Shown: positions 11,010-24,159, counted from the stretch's first letter. The stretch: DNA of 64,000 nucleotides from Macrostomum lignano (GCA_002269645.1 NIVC01000194.1:134053-198052); one strand, 5' to 3'. A program made the numbers and translations. The notes: generated by a model from the letters alone, not told the origin.

Positions 11010-11770
11010 TATGACTAGCAATCCAGCCCATTTGGGGAGTGCAAAAGGGAAAATGAAAATATTGCTAATATATTAAAGAATAGACCAGTGCTTCCAGTAA
11101 GCCCTGGCATCTTAACGATTCCCCCAGCTGTAAACCTTGACAATAACATCTTAGCAATGCTCCCAGTAAGCCTTGACAATCAATCAGTCAATCAGTTCTG
11201 GATTCAAACAATTCAAGTTGAAGACAAAGAAAGATATCCATAAATTTTACAATTTAAAAAGCTAGGTATAGCTATTTATAACTCATAGCATCAGCTCAAG
11301 AATTGAAGTTTAGTCTATGGCCATAGACATATTGAGCTCTCACTGCAAGAAAAATACACTAATTCAGTAGTGCAACCAGGGGGGGGGGCAAAGCTAAAAA
11401 ATAGCTTTAAGGGGTCTCTGCCCCCTTAGGCAGAGACCCAAAAAAAAATTGAAGGGGGGACCAAGCGAATTTTCACCAAAAACAGAGCCACCTCTCTGCC
11501 CCCCTCCTGGGACTTTACCTTCCAGAATCTGCCCCCCCCCCTCAAAAAATTTCTGGTTGCGCTACTGCACTAATTAGATAGGGAGAATACAGTTTTTCGA
11601 ATATTTGATCCCTTTAGCATTGAGCAATTTCTTAGCCACGACCCATGTACCATCATGGATAAATTTCTGATCGAATGATGCATGCAAGTTTTGTGGAAAT
11701 TGGTTGAGCCATTTTTTCTATTATCTATCACATAGACAGACAAAGACAGCTTAGATTTAGTATATTAGAT
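11010..11770 (+). mobile_element. Helentron/HINE (DINE-1-like) non-autonomous element, copy 1, interrupted by a MITE
   Basis: Starts ACTAGCAATCCAGCCC and ends ...TTGGTTGAGCCATTTTTTC...CAGACAGACA...TAGTATATTAGAT. The 3' part is homologous to 14570-14745 and to the reverse complement of 16162-16345. Family assignment is by resemblance only. Confidence 0.45.
11365..11567. mobile_element. 203-bp MITE with 8-bp TSD (hAT-type)
   Basis: TIR CAGTAGTGCAACCAG / CTGGTTGCGCTACTG (14/15 match). Exact TSD CACTAATT at 11357-11364 and 11568-11575. Confidence 0.9.
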
Positions 11771-11774
11771 AGAA

Positions 11775-14745
11775 GACTAGCAATCTTCGCCCCCCGATGG
11801 GGGACATCTGGATAGAATCTCTGTTCTCTACACGGATCAAAAACACATCCAAATAAAGCCTTCACAAAGACAATATACAAACTGCTCAAATGAAGAGCAA
11901 TGCGAAAAGAAAACATCCCAAGACAGCATGCAAGCATCCCCCCCAGATAGCAAGCACCCCCAGATAGCAAGCACCCCCCCCCATAGCAAGCATCCAATTG
12001 ATAGCAAGTATCTATCCTTAAATAGCAAGCATCCACCAGACAATAAGTATCTAGTGCAACAATTTTCTTAGCTTTATGGTGGCTTCTTTATGATTGGCAT
12101 GACGCTTCTTTTTACGTTTGTAATTGTCTCTTTTATGTTTGGCATGGTGGCTCTTTTATGTTTGACATGGTGGCTCTTTAATGTTTGACATGGTGGCTCT
12201 TTTATGTTTTACATGGTGGGTCTTTAATGTTCGACATGATGGCTCTTTAATGTTTGACATGGAGTCACAAATATGTTTGACCTGGTGGCACTTTACTGTC
12301 TGCAATGATGGCTCTTTAATGTTTGACATAGAGTCACGTATACGCTTGACATGGTGACTCGTTAATGTTTGACATGGTGGCTCTTTAATGTTTTACATGG
12401 TGGCTCTTTTATGTTCGACATGGTGGCTCTTTAACGTTCGATATGGTGGCTCTTTAATGTTCGACATGGAGTCACATATATGTTAGACATGGTGGCTCTT
12501 TAATGTTCGACATGGAGTCACATATATTTTAGACATGGTGGCTCTTTAATGTTGGACATGGTGACTTTTTAATGTTCGACATGGTGACACTTTAATGTCT
12601 GAAATGATGGCTCTTTAATGTTTGACATGGAGTCACGTATACGCTTGACATGGTGACTCGTTAATGTTTGACATGGTGGCTCTTTAACGTTCGACATGGT
12701 GGCTCTTTAATGTTAGACATGGTGGCTCTTTAATGTTTTACATGGTGGCTCTTTTATGTTCGACATGGTGGCTCTTTAACGTTCGACATGGTGGCTCTTT
12801 AATGTTTGACATGGAGTCACATATATGTTGGACATGGTGGCTCTTTAATGTTGGACATGGTGGCTCTTTAATGTTAGACATGGTGGCTCTTTAAATTTTT
12901 TTCATGGTGGCTCTTAAATGTTTGACATGGTGGCTCTTTATTATTTGACATGGTGGCTCTTTAATGTTTGACATGGTGGTTCTTTAATGTTCGACATGGT
13001 GGCTCTTTAATGTTCGACATGGTGGCTCTTTAATCTTCAACAAAGTGGCTCATTTACGTTTGACATGGTGGCTCTTTAATGTTTGACATGGTGGCTCTTT
13101 AATGTTTGACATTGTAGCTCTTAAATGTTCGACATGGTGGTTCTTTTACGTTTGACATGGTGGCTCTTTAATGTTTGACATTGTAGCTCTTAAATGTTCG
13201 ACATGGTGGTTCTTTTACGTTTGACATGGTGGCTCTTTAATTTTCGACATGTTGGCTCTTTTATGTTTGACATGGTAGCTCTTTAATTTTCGACAAAGTG
13301 GCTCTTTAATGTTTGACATGGTGGCTCGTTAATGTTTGACATGGTGGCTCTTTAATGTTTGATATGGTGGCTCTTTTATGTTTTACATGGTGGGTCTTTA
13401 ATGTTCGACATGATGGCTCTTTAATGTTTGACATGGTGGCTCTTTAATGTTTGACCTGGTGGCACTTTACTGTCTGCAATGATGGCTCTTTAATGTTTGA
13501 CATGGAGTCACGTATACGCTTGACATGATGACTCGTTAATGTTTGACATGGTGGCTCTTTAATTTTTTACATGGTGGCTCTTTTATGTTCAATATGGTGG
13601 CTCTTTAACGTTCGACATGGTGGCTCTTTAATGTCTGAAATAATGGCTCTTTAATGTTTGACATGGAGTCACGTATACGCTTGACATGGTGGCTCTTTAA
13701 TGTTAGACATGGTGGCTCTTTAATGTTTTACATGGTGGCTCTTTTATGTTCGACATGGTGGCTCTTAAATGTTTGACATGGTGGCTCTTTATTATTTGAC
13801 ATGGTGGCTCTTTAATGTTTGACATGGTGGTTCTTTAATGTTCGACATGGTGGCTCTTTAATGTTCGACATGGTGGTTCTTTTACGTTTGACATGGTGGC
13901 TCCTTAATGTTCGACATGTCGGTTCTTTTACGTTTGACATGGTGGCTCTTTAATGTTCGACATGGTGGCTCTTTTATGTTTGACATGGTAGGTCTTTTAT
14001 ATTCGACATGGTGGCTCTTTAATGTTTGACATTGAGTCACAAATATGTTTGACATGGTGGCTTTTTAATGCTTGACATGAAGTCACTTATATGTTGGACA
14101 TGGTGGCTCTTTAATGTTCGACATGGTGCCACTGATATGTTTGACATTGTGCTTCTTTTATGTTTAGCAGTTTCATGTTTTCAAGGTGTTTTAATAAAAA
14201 AATTATTTTGCACTACTAAGATTCGAACCTAGGTCGCTACATTAGCATTCCAGTCTGTTCGCATCTGGGCTATCTCTTTTCAATTGGAGTACATCAATTG
14301 TGGCCCTTATAATTCAATTCTTACAGCAAGTCAATTAGAGTAAAAAGTTATGACATAATCAATTTCTCAGTCAGCCAGTATCAGTTTCAATTCAAGTTAG
14401 CAATATTGGTTACGCAATTTAAATCAAGTCGTGTGTGCATTTCTTCGGCACTGTTTTCTACTTGTTGTGATGCAATCTTTATCAGAATTGAAATTCAGTC
14501 AGTCAGGTTTTTTTCTAGCATTCTTACAATGCATTTCAAGTCGAAAATTTTGCTTGACCTTTGCAAAAAAGCATGTTTTTTCGAATATTTAATCCCTTTA
14601 ATATATAGCAATTTCTTAGCCAAGATGCATGTACCGTCCCAGGAAAATTTCTGATCGAATGGTGCAAGTTTGAAGAAAATCAGTTAAGCCAATTTTTCTG
14701 AAATCTATCGCATACCCACAGACAACTCATTTTTAGTATATAGGA
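11775..14745 (+). mobile_element. HINE-like element, copy 2, carrying a ~2-kb 23-bp satellite array
   Basis: Starts ACTAGCAATCTTCGCCCCCGATGGGG immediately after copy 1, then satellite 12090-14160, unique body 14161-14745, and ends TAGTATATAGGA. Confidence 0.55.
12090..14160. repeat. 23-bp satellite (TTTGACATGGTGGCTCTTTAATG), about 90 heterogeneous units
   Basis: Direct tandem repeat. Confidence 0.95.
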
Positions 14746-15006
14746 AGGAAGGAAGAGGAAGAATAGGAATAGGAAAACTTGCTAAAAGTCTTGGCATCCA
14801 ATTGGCAGAATGGCAGTTTAGGTATAGTTACATAGTATATAACCTAGTTAAAACTAGATTTTCAGATAATATATTTTAGGCCTAGTCCTAAACCCAAATT
14901 CCAAATTTTCATAAATAATATATAGAAAAGTTAGGTAGCTATTATAAGTACCTTGTTTTTAATATTTATATTTATTTAATTTTTTTACTTTATAAATATA
15001 TTTTTA

Positions 15007-16069
15007 GGAAGTGCTTATCCCCATGGTCCTATTACCATACAGATAATTCCAATTTTATCCATACAGATCCATGTCGATAATTTCCAGCTTATCCCCATGG
15101 CAGCTTATTAAAATAGCTGCTACCATTTCAAGTCTATAGGCCATGTCAATAATTCCAATTTTATCCACATAGATCTGTGTTGATCATTTTCAGCTTATCC
15201 CCATGGCAGCTTATTATAACAGCTGCCATCATATCATTCAAGTCTATAGGCCATGTCAATAATTCCAATTTTATCCACATAGATCTGTGTTGATCATTTT
15301 CAGCTTATCCCCATGGCAGCTTATTATAACAGCTGCCATCATATCATTCAAGTCTATAGGCCATGTCAATAATTCCAATTTTATCCACATAGATCTGTGT
15401 TGATCATTTTCAGCTTATCCCCATGGCAGCTTATTATAACAGCTGCCATCATATCATTCAAGTCTATAGGCCATGTCAATATTTCCAATTTTATCCAATC
15501 GATAATTTTCAGCTTATCCCCATGGCTAAGATTGTGCAGTTGTTTGTGTTTAGTTTTGTGTATTGACCTTAAATCAATATTGTCATTATTATTAGTATTA
15601 TTAATCATTATTATCACATTTTGAATTTTGAATTTTGCAAGTCTTATTTGCCTCAATCTTAGGGTTGTTTGGTCATTCTAGGCAAAGCTGGCAGCTAAGC
15701 AAATATTTAAAATTAACCCTTTTAATGATGAAAAAGTTTTAATAAAGTTACTCAATATTATTCAGTATTCAGTAGTTTATTTTAATTGGAAGATTTGTAA
15801 AACAGTGAAAACAAATATATAGTTTTTTAACAGATTCATTTTAAGATTCTCTATTCCCATTTGCCATGGCGATAAGTTGAAAATTATCGATACTTTTATA
15901 TAGATCCATGTGAATAAAATTGGAATTTCAGGGAATTATTGACATGGCCTATACCTAAATAGTGGCAGATATTTCAATAAGCTACTGTAGGAATAAGCTG
16001 GAAATTGACACGGATCTGTGTGGATAAAATTAGAATTATCAGTATGGGACTGTGGGGATAAGCATTTCC
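15007..16069. mobile_element. Mutator/Foldback-like non-autonomous element with 9-bp TSD
   Basis: Termini GGAAGTGCTTATCCCC / GGGGATAAGCATTTCC with long imperfect inverted arms. Exact TSD ATATTTTTA at 14998-15006 and 16070-16078. A 110-bp unit is repeated about 3 times in the left arm. Confidence 0.88.
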
Positions 16070-16161
16070 ATATTTTTAACCTATTTTAAATGAGAAGAGA
16101 TTCATAAAAAGCAAAATTTCATAATATTTTCTTAGATTTTATGTAAAATAATATTGTATAG

Positions 16162-17837
16162 TCCTATATACTAAAAATGAGTTGTCTGTATGCATATGGG
16201 TAAGCGATTGATTAGAGAAAAAATGGCTCAACCAATTTTTTTTAAACTTTCACCATTCAATCGGAAATTTTCCTGGGACAGTACAGCATCTTGGCTAAGA
16301 GATTGCTCAATGTTAAAGGGATTAAATATTCAAAAAACATCCTTTTTTACAAAGGTCAAGCAGCTCTTTTGACCTGAAATGCATTGTAAGAATGCTAGAG
16401 ACAAAACTGACTGACTGAATTTTGATTCTGATAAAGATTGTATCACAACAAGTTGAAAACAGTGCCAAAGAAATGCACGCAAGACTTGATTCAAATTGTG
16501 TAACCAATATTGCTAACTTGAATTTGAGACTGATACTGGTTGACTGAGAAATTGATTATGTCTTAACTATTTACTCTAACTGACTTGCTGTAAGAATTGA
16601 GTTATAAGGGCAGCAATTCATATTCTCCAATTGAAAAGAGATAGCCTAGATGCAAATAGACTGGATTGCTAATGTAGTGACCTGGGTTCGAATCTTAGTA
16701 GTGCAAAAAGATTTTTTTATTAATAAAACACCTTAAAAACCAAAAATGTTGAACATAAAAAAGCACAATGTCAAACACAAAAGAGCCACCATGTCAAACA
16801 TAGAAGAGACACCATGTCAAACATAGAAGAGCCACCATGTCAAGCATACATGTGACTCCATGTCAAACAATAAAGAGCCACCATGTCAAGCATACACGTG
16901 ACTCCATGTCAAACAATAAAGAGCCACCATGTCAAGCATACACGTGACTCCATGTCAAACAATAAAGAGCCACCATGTCAAGCATACACGTGACTCCATG
17001 TCAAACAATAAAGAGCCACCATGTCAAGCATACACGTGACTCCATGTCAAACAATAAAGAGCCACCATGTCAAGCATACACGTGACTCCATGTCAAACAA
17101 TAAAGAGCCACCATGTCAAGCATACACGTGACTCCATGTCAAACAATAAAGAGCCACCATGTCAAGCATACACGTGACTCCATGTCAAACAATAAAGAGC
17201 CACCATGTCAAACATACACGTGACTCCATGTCAAACAATAAAGAGCCACCATGTCAAGCATACACGTGACTCCATGTCAAACAATAAAGAGCCACCATGT
17301 CAAGCATACACGTGACTCCATGTCAAACAATAAAGAGCCACCATGTCAAACAATAAAGAGCCACCATGTCAAGCATACACGTGACTCCATGTCAAACAAT
17401 AAAGAGACACCATGTCAAACATAGAAGAGCCACCATGTCAAGCATACACGTGACTCCATGTCAAACAATAAAGAGCCACCATGTCAAGCATACACGTGAC
17501 TCCATGTCAAACAATAAAGAGCCACCATGTCAAGCATACACGTGACTCCATGTCAAACAATAAAGAGCCACCATGTCAAGCATACACATGACTCCATGTC
17601 AAACAATAAAGAGCCACCATGTCAAACAATAAAGAGCCACCATGTCAAACATTAAAGAGCTACCATGTCAAACAATAAAGAGCCACCATGTCAAACAATA
17701 AAGAGCCACCATGTCAAACATTAAAGAGCTACCATGTCAAACAATAAAGAGCCACCATGTCAAACAATAAAGAGCCACCATGTCAAACATTAAAGAGCCA
17801 CCATGTCAAACATTAAAGAGCTACCATGTCAAACATT
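16162..17837 (-). mobile_element. HINE-like element, copy 3, inverted relative to copy 2, with the same satellite
   Basis: 16162-16770 is the diverged reverse complement of 14140-14745 (TCCTATATACTAAAAATGAGTTGTCTG). The satellite at 16770-17837 is the reverse complement of the 23-mer. Confidence 0.7.
16770..17837. repeat. 23-bp satellite in reverse orientation with a homogenised 46-bp dimer
   Basis: GAGCCACCATGTCAAGCATACACGTGACTCCATGTCAAACAATAAA repeated with a 46-bp period (e.g. 16875, 16921). Confidence 0.95.
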
Positions 17838-18726
17838 AAGCAGTAACAGGATTAAAACTAATTTCCACTACATATACATGCATTTTGTTTTGCATAAGCA
17901 GTAAACCAAAAGTAAAAAAGTGAGTTTTGGTTGTACTAAACTTTGTTTTTCTGAATTTTGATTTCAGAAAATTTCAATTTTGATTTTGGAAAGTTATCAA
18001 ATTTCAATTTCTACAGAAAATGCTCTTTTGGAACATCTCTAATAATGCTAAAGCACAATGAAATAATTTGACTCTATTCTAAAGTGTGCATCTGTGGGCT
18101 TTCAACATTTATTCCAATAGGGAAACAGCTGGAAGTGATTTGAGTAAAGAATGGTATTAATTGAGAGCTTATATGGCATTCTTTCAGGTGATGTCAGATT
18201 CAAATAGTTCTGAGAAGCACCCTTTGTATTAACAAACATTTTCTAACATTACATTTTTGCACAACCTGGTATATGTTTAGCTACAGGTTTTTTGATAAAT
18301 ATTAATAAGCTAATCTCAAAGTCATGTATATAATCAATAATATTTTTCAAGGTAGACTTCTAGATTTTTTCCATTGCTACCAACACAATAAAATTAATTT
18401 TTTATTTAATAGATTAAGAGTAACCAAACCAATCTTTATGAGCTAATGCTTTAGTATTTGCTAGGATATCCTTCTATATTTTATCACTGTTAATTTGCAA
18501 CATTTTTGCTAATTTGTATACCGCAATTATGTATATTTTAAGGTTTTCTCTAACCTGCAAATATTATGTGCAAGGACTTCTGTAATTAGCTGATAATAGG
18601 CTTGCTTTGATGCCTGGGACTGACTGTATGTTGCATTCTTGGCTGTGCAGCAGTAACAGCAACCAGCAGCAGCAGATTCTCTGCTTCTATCAAACATTTG
18701 TTAAAACCCCAATTTCAGCTCTCCCC

Positions 18727-21700
18727 ATGTCAGGCGCTGGCTACTCATTCCTGCTGTTTGAAATTGTCTGCGTAGTCTTGCTAACAGCTTCTCTGCTGCA
18801 TCACTATGGCAACTGGCGGAGGCAGCAGCTGGTGGTCACCGGAGTCACATTTCTGGCCTGGCAGTTCTGCTTTCTGATCGTCTTCATACTGCCTACTGAC
18901 ATCAACTGTGTAAGCAATGGGCTGCTGAGTAGTATAAAATGCAGCAGGAATTCCAGCTCACTGAGTTACCGAACCCGCAGACATTCTATGAGGACTGCCT
19001 GATGAGCAACGTCTCCGGCCTGGAGGCCAACGGCACCTCTGCGCCAGCCTGCCGGGAGCCGTGGAACCATATTCCCAGGGCATTTCTGGTCAGCTTCTGG
19101 CGCGTCATCTACTGGTCCTGCCAGTTCCTTACCTGGTGTGTGTTTAGTTCCTATTCGCTTCTGGCCTGGTTATGCCAGATGGTTATGCTAGGAGCTGCTT
19201 TGTAAAGCTTTCGTGATTTGGTATCTCATGCGTTGAGATTTCAGGGTCTGGTATCTCATGGATTGAGATTTCAGGGTCTGGTATCTCATGGGTTGAGATT
19301 TCAGGGTCGGGTATCTCATGCGTTGAGATTTCAGGGTATGGTATCTCATGGGTTGAGATTTCAGGGTCTGGTATCTCCTGGGTTGAGATTTCAGGGTCTG
19401 GGGTTGAGATTTCAGGGTCTGGTATCTCCTGGGTTGAGATTTCAGGGTCTGGTATCTAATTGGTTGAGATTTCAGGGTCTGGTATCTCCTGGGTTGAGAT
19501 TTCAGGGTCTGGTATCTAATTGGTTGAGATTTCAGGGTCTGGTATCTAATTGGTTGAGATTTCAGGGTCTGGTATCTAATTGGTTGAGATTTCAGGGTCT
19601 GGTATCTAATTGGTTGAGATTTCAGTGTCTGGTATCTAATTGGTTAGATTTCAGGGTCTGGTATCTAATTGGTTGAGATTTCAGGGTCTGGTATCTAATT
19701 GGTTGAGATTTCAGGGTCTGGTATCTAATTGGTTGAGATTTCAGGGTCTGGTATCTAATTGGTTGAGATTTCAGGGTCTGGAACCTCATAGGTACGATTC
19801 GGAAATCTGGATTGTATGTCTCATTATTGGGATTTGGCAGCTGGTTTTTATCCTTTGATTTGTGACCAAGCATACCAATTTCTTCCCCAGGATTTTCTTG
19901 CCCATCATGCAGTCCTACGCCAAGGCGGGCGAGTTCAACGTCCTGGGCAAAGTGAAGGTCTCCCTGGTTGACAATGCGTTGTACTATTCGACCTACCTGC
20001 TCATCTTTGCCATCTGCTTCATCTATGTGGCCACTAGACCGGACATTCACATTGATTTGTAAGTTGAACTCCTTGATTATAATTATTTACTATCGGGCTA
20101 CTACTACTAAATAGCTAGGAGCACTGAGTAGCTATCTGAGCAGTGTGAGTAGCTATCTGAGCACTGAGTAGCTATCTGAGCACTGTGAGTAGCTATCTGA
20201 GCACTGTGAGTAGCTATCTGAGCACTGTGAGTAGCTATCTGAGCACTGTGAGTAGCTATCTGAGCACTGTGAGTAGCTATCTGAGCACTGTGAGTAGCTA
20301 TCTGAGCACTGTGAGTAGCTACCAACTAGAAATTCTATAAAGAGAAACGGACCACAAATTCCAGTGCCCAACTCCGCGTGATCGGCATCACGGCCAGCAA
20401 CACCTGGGGCCTGGTGCTCATCGTGCTGTTCCTCGGCTACGGCCTGGTCGAGCTGCCCCGCACCGTCTGGAGCGCCGGCTGTCCGGGCGAGAGCCTGAAG
20501 CGGGCCTACTTCCGGCTGGCCAAGGTCAACTCGGAGCTCATCGAGCACCAGGAGGAACTGGAGGACCTGGCCGCCGAGGCCGTCCAGCTGGCCGAGTGCG
20601 TGCCCGGCCCGGAGCATCCGCTTGCTGCCAATGCCCGGACAGTGGCCGAGCTGGCCGAGAGCAGCGGCTACTGCGGAGGACGCGACGCCGGGCTCGGCCG
20701 GGGCAAACCGACCGCTTCGTCCATCGCGGCGGCCAGGCGGCGGCTAAACGAAGACGAGGACGGCGGCGGCCTCACAGCGAAGCGGCTGGTGAAGCTGCAC
20801 TGCCAGCTAAAGAAGGCGATCGGCCTGGAGCAGCGGAGCCGCTGCCTGCTGCAGGTGCGGGGGTTGCTGGGGCTTCTGCTAATTTGTTGTTCTCCTGACA
20901 TTCAGTTCTTGTCGGATACGAATGTTTAAATTGTTTCTTAGAATTTGATCCAAAGGTGAGAGGCCAAGAATCTGAGATTCTAAAGGTGAGAGGCCAAGGA
21001 TCCAGTATTCAATAAGTAGATTTCTCAGTCCATTCGAAAATCCGCCCCAATTCTCGCTGTCCCAGGAGGCCTACGCCTCGGCCGCCTTCCTGGAGGACAT
21101 CGAGTCCAACCGCGGCTCCCGGCTGCACTTCTTCCGTCGCGGCGAGGGCGACTTCGATAGCGAAAGCGGCGGACTCCTGCGGCGCCTGCTGGGCCCGGGC
21201 GTGGAGTTCTACTGGAAGTGCCACGCCCGCAGCTGGCTGCTCCGCGGCGCCGCCTGCTTCCTGCTGGCCGCGTCCGGCCTCATGCTGTGGTGCGAGTGCA
21301 CCTTCTTTATTAAGTGGCCGGTGCTGACCCGCTGGCCCTGCTGGTGCAGGCCGGCCGCGGCGCCCTGTCGGTGCAGCTGATCTGCCTGCTGGCCATCGGC
21401 TACCTGTGCGCCTGCACCTACTTCACCGTGTTCCGCCTGAAGCTGTTCAACTACTTCCGCCTGGTGCCCAACCACCAGACAGACGAGAACAGCCTCATCT
21501 TCAGCGGCATGCTGTTCTGCCGGCTCACCCCGCCGCTGTGCCTGAACTTCCTGGGCCTGGTGCACCTGGACTCCCACCTGGCCAGCGGGTTGAAGGCGCA
21601 GACGGCCTACACTCAGCTAATGGGCCATCTGGATCTCGTGGCCATCATCTCCAATGGTGTCAACCTGTACTTCCCCATCGCCATCCTGTTGCTGGCCTTG

Positions 21701-22670
21701 GCCAGCTACTTCCGGCTGGGCAGCCGCCTGCTGCACTGCCTGGGCGTGCAGCAGTTCATCAGCTCGGACGATGAGCTCACCTCCGACTTGCTGGAGGAGG
21801 GCCGACTGCTGCTTCGCAGAGGTGAGACAATTGCTGGTAACGCTCAATAGTGACTAGTAAGGGCTAGTAGTGGCCAATAGTAGGTACTAGTGGCTAATAG
21901 TAGCTAGTAGTGGCTAGTAGCTGTAGCTAGTAGTGGCTAATAGTAGCTAGTAAGTGACTAGTAATGCTTAGTAGTGGCTAGTAATGACTAGTAGTAGCTA
22001 GTGGTGGTCAATAGTAGCTAGTAGTGGCTAGTAATGCTTAGTAGTGGCTAGTAAGGACTAGTAGTAGCTAGTAGCGGCTAATAGTATCTAATTGTGGCTA
22101 TCTAATTGAGCCTAGTAGTGGCTAGTATTGCCTAGTAGTGGCTAGTAGTAGCTAGCAGTGACTAGAAGTAGCTAGTAGTGGCTAATAGTAGCTAGTAGTG
22201 GCTAGTAGTGCCTAGTAGTGGCTAGTAATGCCTAGTAGTGGCTAGTAGACGTAGATCAAGAGAAATCCAAGCCCCGCACCAACCACCGACTTTTCACAGA
22301 GCGCGCCAGGCGTAGCCGCGGCGCCCCCGGCGGCAGCAGCTCGACTGGCGGCCTGTTGAAAAGCACCGACAGCGGCGACGAGGAGGACGAGCTGTTTGCG
22401 CGGAAGCCACCGCCAGCGCGCCAGCTTCCCAGGAGCTCCGGGGCTGCCGGCGCTGCTGCGGCACCTGTCGCCGAGCTGTCACCGTCGCCGCCGCGATCGA
22501 GTCGCTTTGAGCGGCTGCTGCAGGCGGACGGCGAGCCGGTGGAGTTCGAGGCCGACACGCAGCCGCTGTTCCCGTCGGCCAGAGCTGCCGTACAGCAGCA
22601 GCAGCTCCGCCAGCAGCCGCCGCCCTACAAGTCTGGCAGCGGGCGGGGCGGATTTTTTGATGATGTCTGA
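18727..22670 (+). CDS. LMBRD2: LMBR1 domain-containing protein 2, 6 exons, with one apparent 1-nt frameshift
   Basis: Exons 18727-18909, 18981-19135, 19891-20058, 20365-20854, 21066-21821, 22300-22670, all GT-AG with compatible phases. Motifs: MSGA..FEIV, FWRVIYWSCQFLTW, LPIMQSY, ASNTWGL, HQTDENSLIFSGMLFCRLTPPLCLNFL, C-terminal FDDV. One C is missing at ~21328-21330. Confidence 0.93.
19215..19780. repeat. 27-bp intronic minisatellite (LMBRD2 intron 2)
   Basis: GGTTGAGATTTCAGGGTCTGGTATCTAATT-type units. Confidence 0.95.
20122..20322. repeat. 21-bp intronic minisatellite (LMBRD2 intron 3)
   Basis: TGAGTAGCTATCTGAGCACTG units. Confidence 0.95.
21850..22250. repeat. TAG-rich degenerate minisatellite (LMBRD2 intron 5)
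   Basis: TAGTAGTGGCTAGTA-type units. Confidence 0.9.
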
Positions 22671-24049
22671 CTGGCTGTCCTGACCTTCTAGTGGACCTTG
22701 AATCCTCCTAGTGCACCTTGAATCCTCCTAGTGTACCTTGAACCCTCCCAGTGTACTTAAAATCCTTATTCCTTAGTAAAACCATATGCCCAAGTCAGCT
22801 GTTGTGGCCCCATGCCTTGCCTTTCTTCTCTGTGATTTATTGGGATCAATTTCTGATTATTTTACCTGTTGTTTTATCTGTGCAAATGTTAAAACTGTTG
22901 GTTGTCATCGGAGAACTCGGTGCGTCTATTGTAGCCTTGTCAAAGCCGTGTTGTTCCAGTGCATTATCGTACAGCAAGTACTCTGTCTTGTTTTATTTTT
23001 AACCGTCTTCCCATGCATATTCCTTATTTAAGCTTGGGATCTGCACTGCTGATTCCGCAGGTTACAAATTTGTAAATTGACGATTCCAGTCACGCGTGCA
23101 TTGTTGTACTCATTTCCGCTGTTTACTACTGTTAGTAGTGTTGTATCTGTGCCGTTGTCTGTCTGCGAATAATTCCATTATTGAGTCTTTATTCATCAGC
23201 TCTTTATCCTTTCTTTAGCCTGTGTTATACGCTCGTACTATATATTAATAAATACACTTACTAAGGCAGAGTGAGAAGACTTATGGCGATTATTCTGAAA
23301 ATTTTAATTTTCGCTTGTCGCGATCTGACTCGTTTTTTTTTCACACGCTACTTGCAGTAGCGCAGTTGGGATACAATAAACTTAAGTTGTCTCAGAAAAA
23401 ATGGAATCAGCTCTGAAATATCCCTCTTTTAATCTATAAAAAGCTCATTAAAAGAACTGCTTTTCTCGCGTATTCTCATCATGCTACTTTTAGTGACGAG
23501 TAGCGTTTGATTTTAAAATCAGCTGTGGCGGTATAGAAAAATAATGAACAGTAATGATACAAGCTAGCATGCTAAGAGATTTAAAAGTCAATCCATGTGC
23601 CTTCAATATTTTAAAGTAGAAGAGTCATCTACAGGAGGTTGCGGTTTTGTCAGGCCACAGTTCATGTGGCTTATGTACACAAACTAAATGTACATGTTGA
23701 CCCGAGGCTGGTTCCTGCATGCAGAGAAGCAAAGCGGTTCCCGTTTCGAATGCTTCTAGTAAAGCTTAAAATAATTTTAAATGCCGATCCATGAGCAAAT
23801 GCAGCAGTGGATTGAATGCAAAGCTTGGGTTCTTCTGGCTCACAGCGGCCTGCTCAGCCAGCCAGACCGGTCCTGAATGCGGCCAATCCCAGTTAGCAAA
23901 TTCTTCGAGTGCAACTAAAGTTCGCCGACGTTGTAAATTACTTTGATCACATCGGCGTGCTGCTCTGAGAAAGTTGGTCCCCGTCTCTCTCTGTCTTTGT
24001 TTTATTTGTGTCCGTCTTCCGTTTTGCTAGTGTCATGTACGGTCTGTCG

Positions 24050-24127
24050 ATCTGTCTGTCTGTCAGCGTGTGTCTGTCTGCCTACCTGTCTGTCTACCTG
24101 CCTGTCTGTCTTTCTATCTGCCTGCCG

Positions 24128-24159
<32 letters not shown>

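Noticed and set aside
12090-14160. CRISPR-like appearance of the 23-bp array
   Set aside because: Units are contiguous with no unique spacers, there are no cas genes, and the context is eukaryotic.
16655-16710. tRNA-like B-box (GGTTCGAATC); similar motifs at ~14220 (reverse), ~25375-25420, ~54110 and ~57925
   Set aside because: No complete cloverleaf could be built. At most these are tRNA-derived SINE heads, so no tRNA gene is called.
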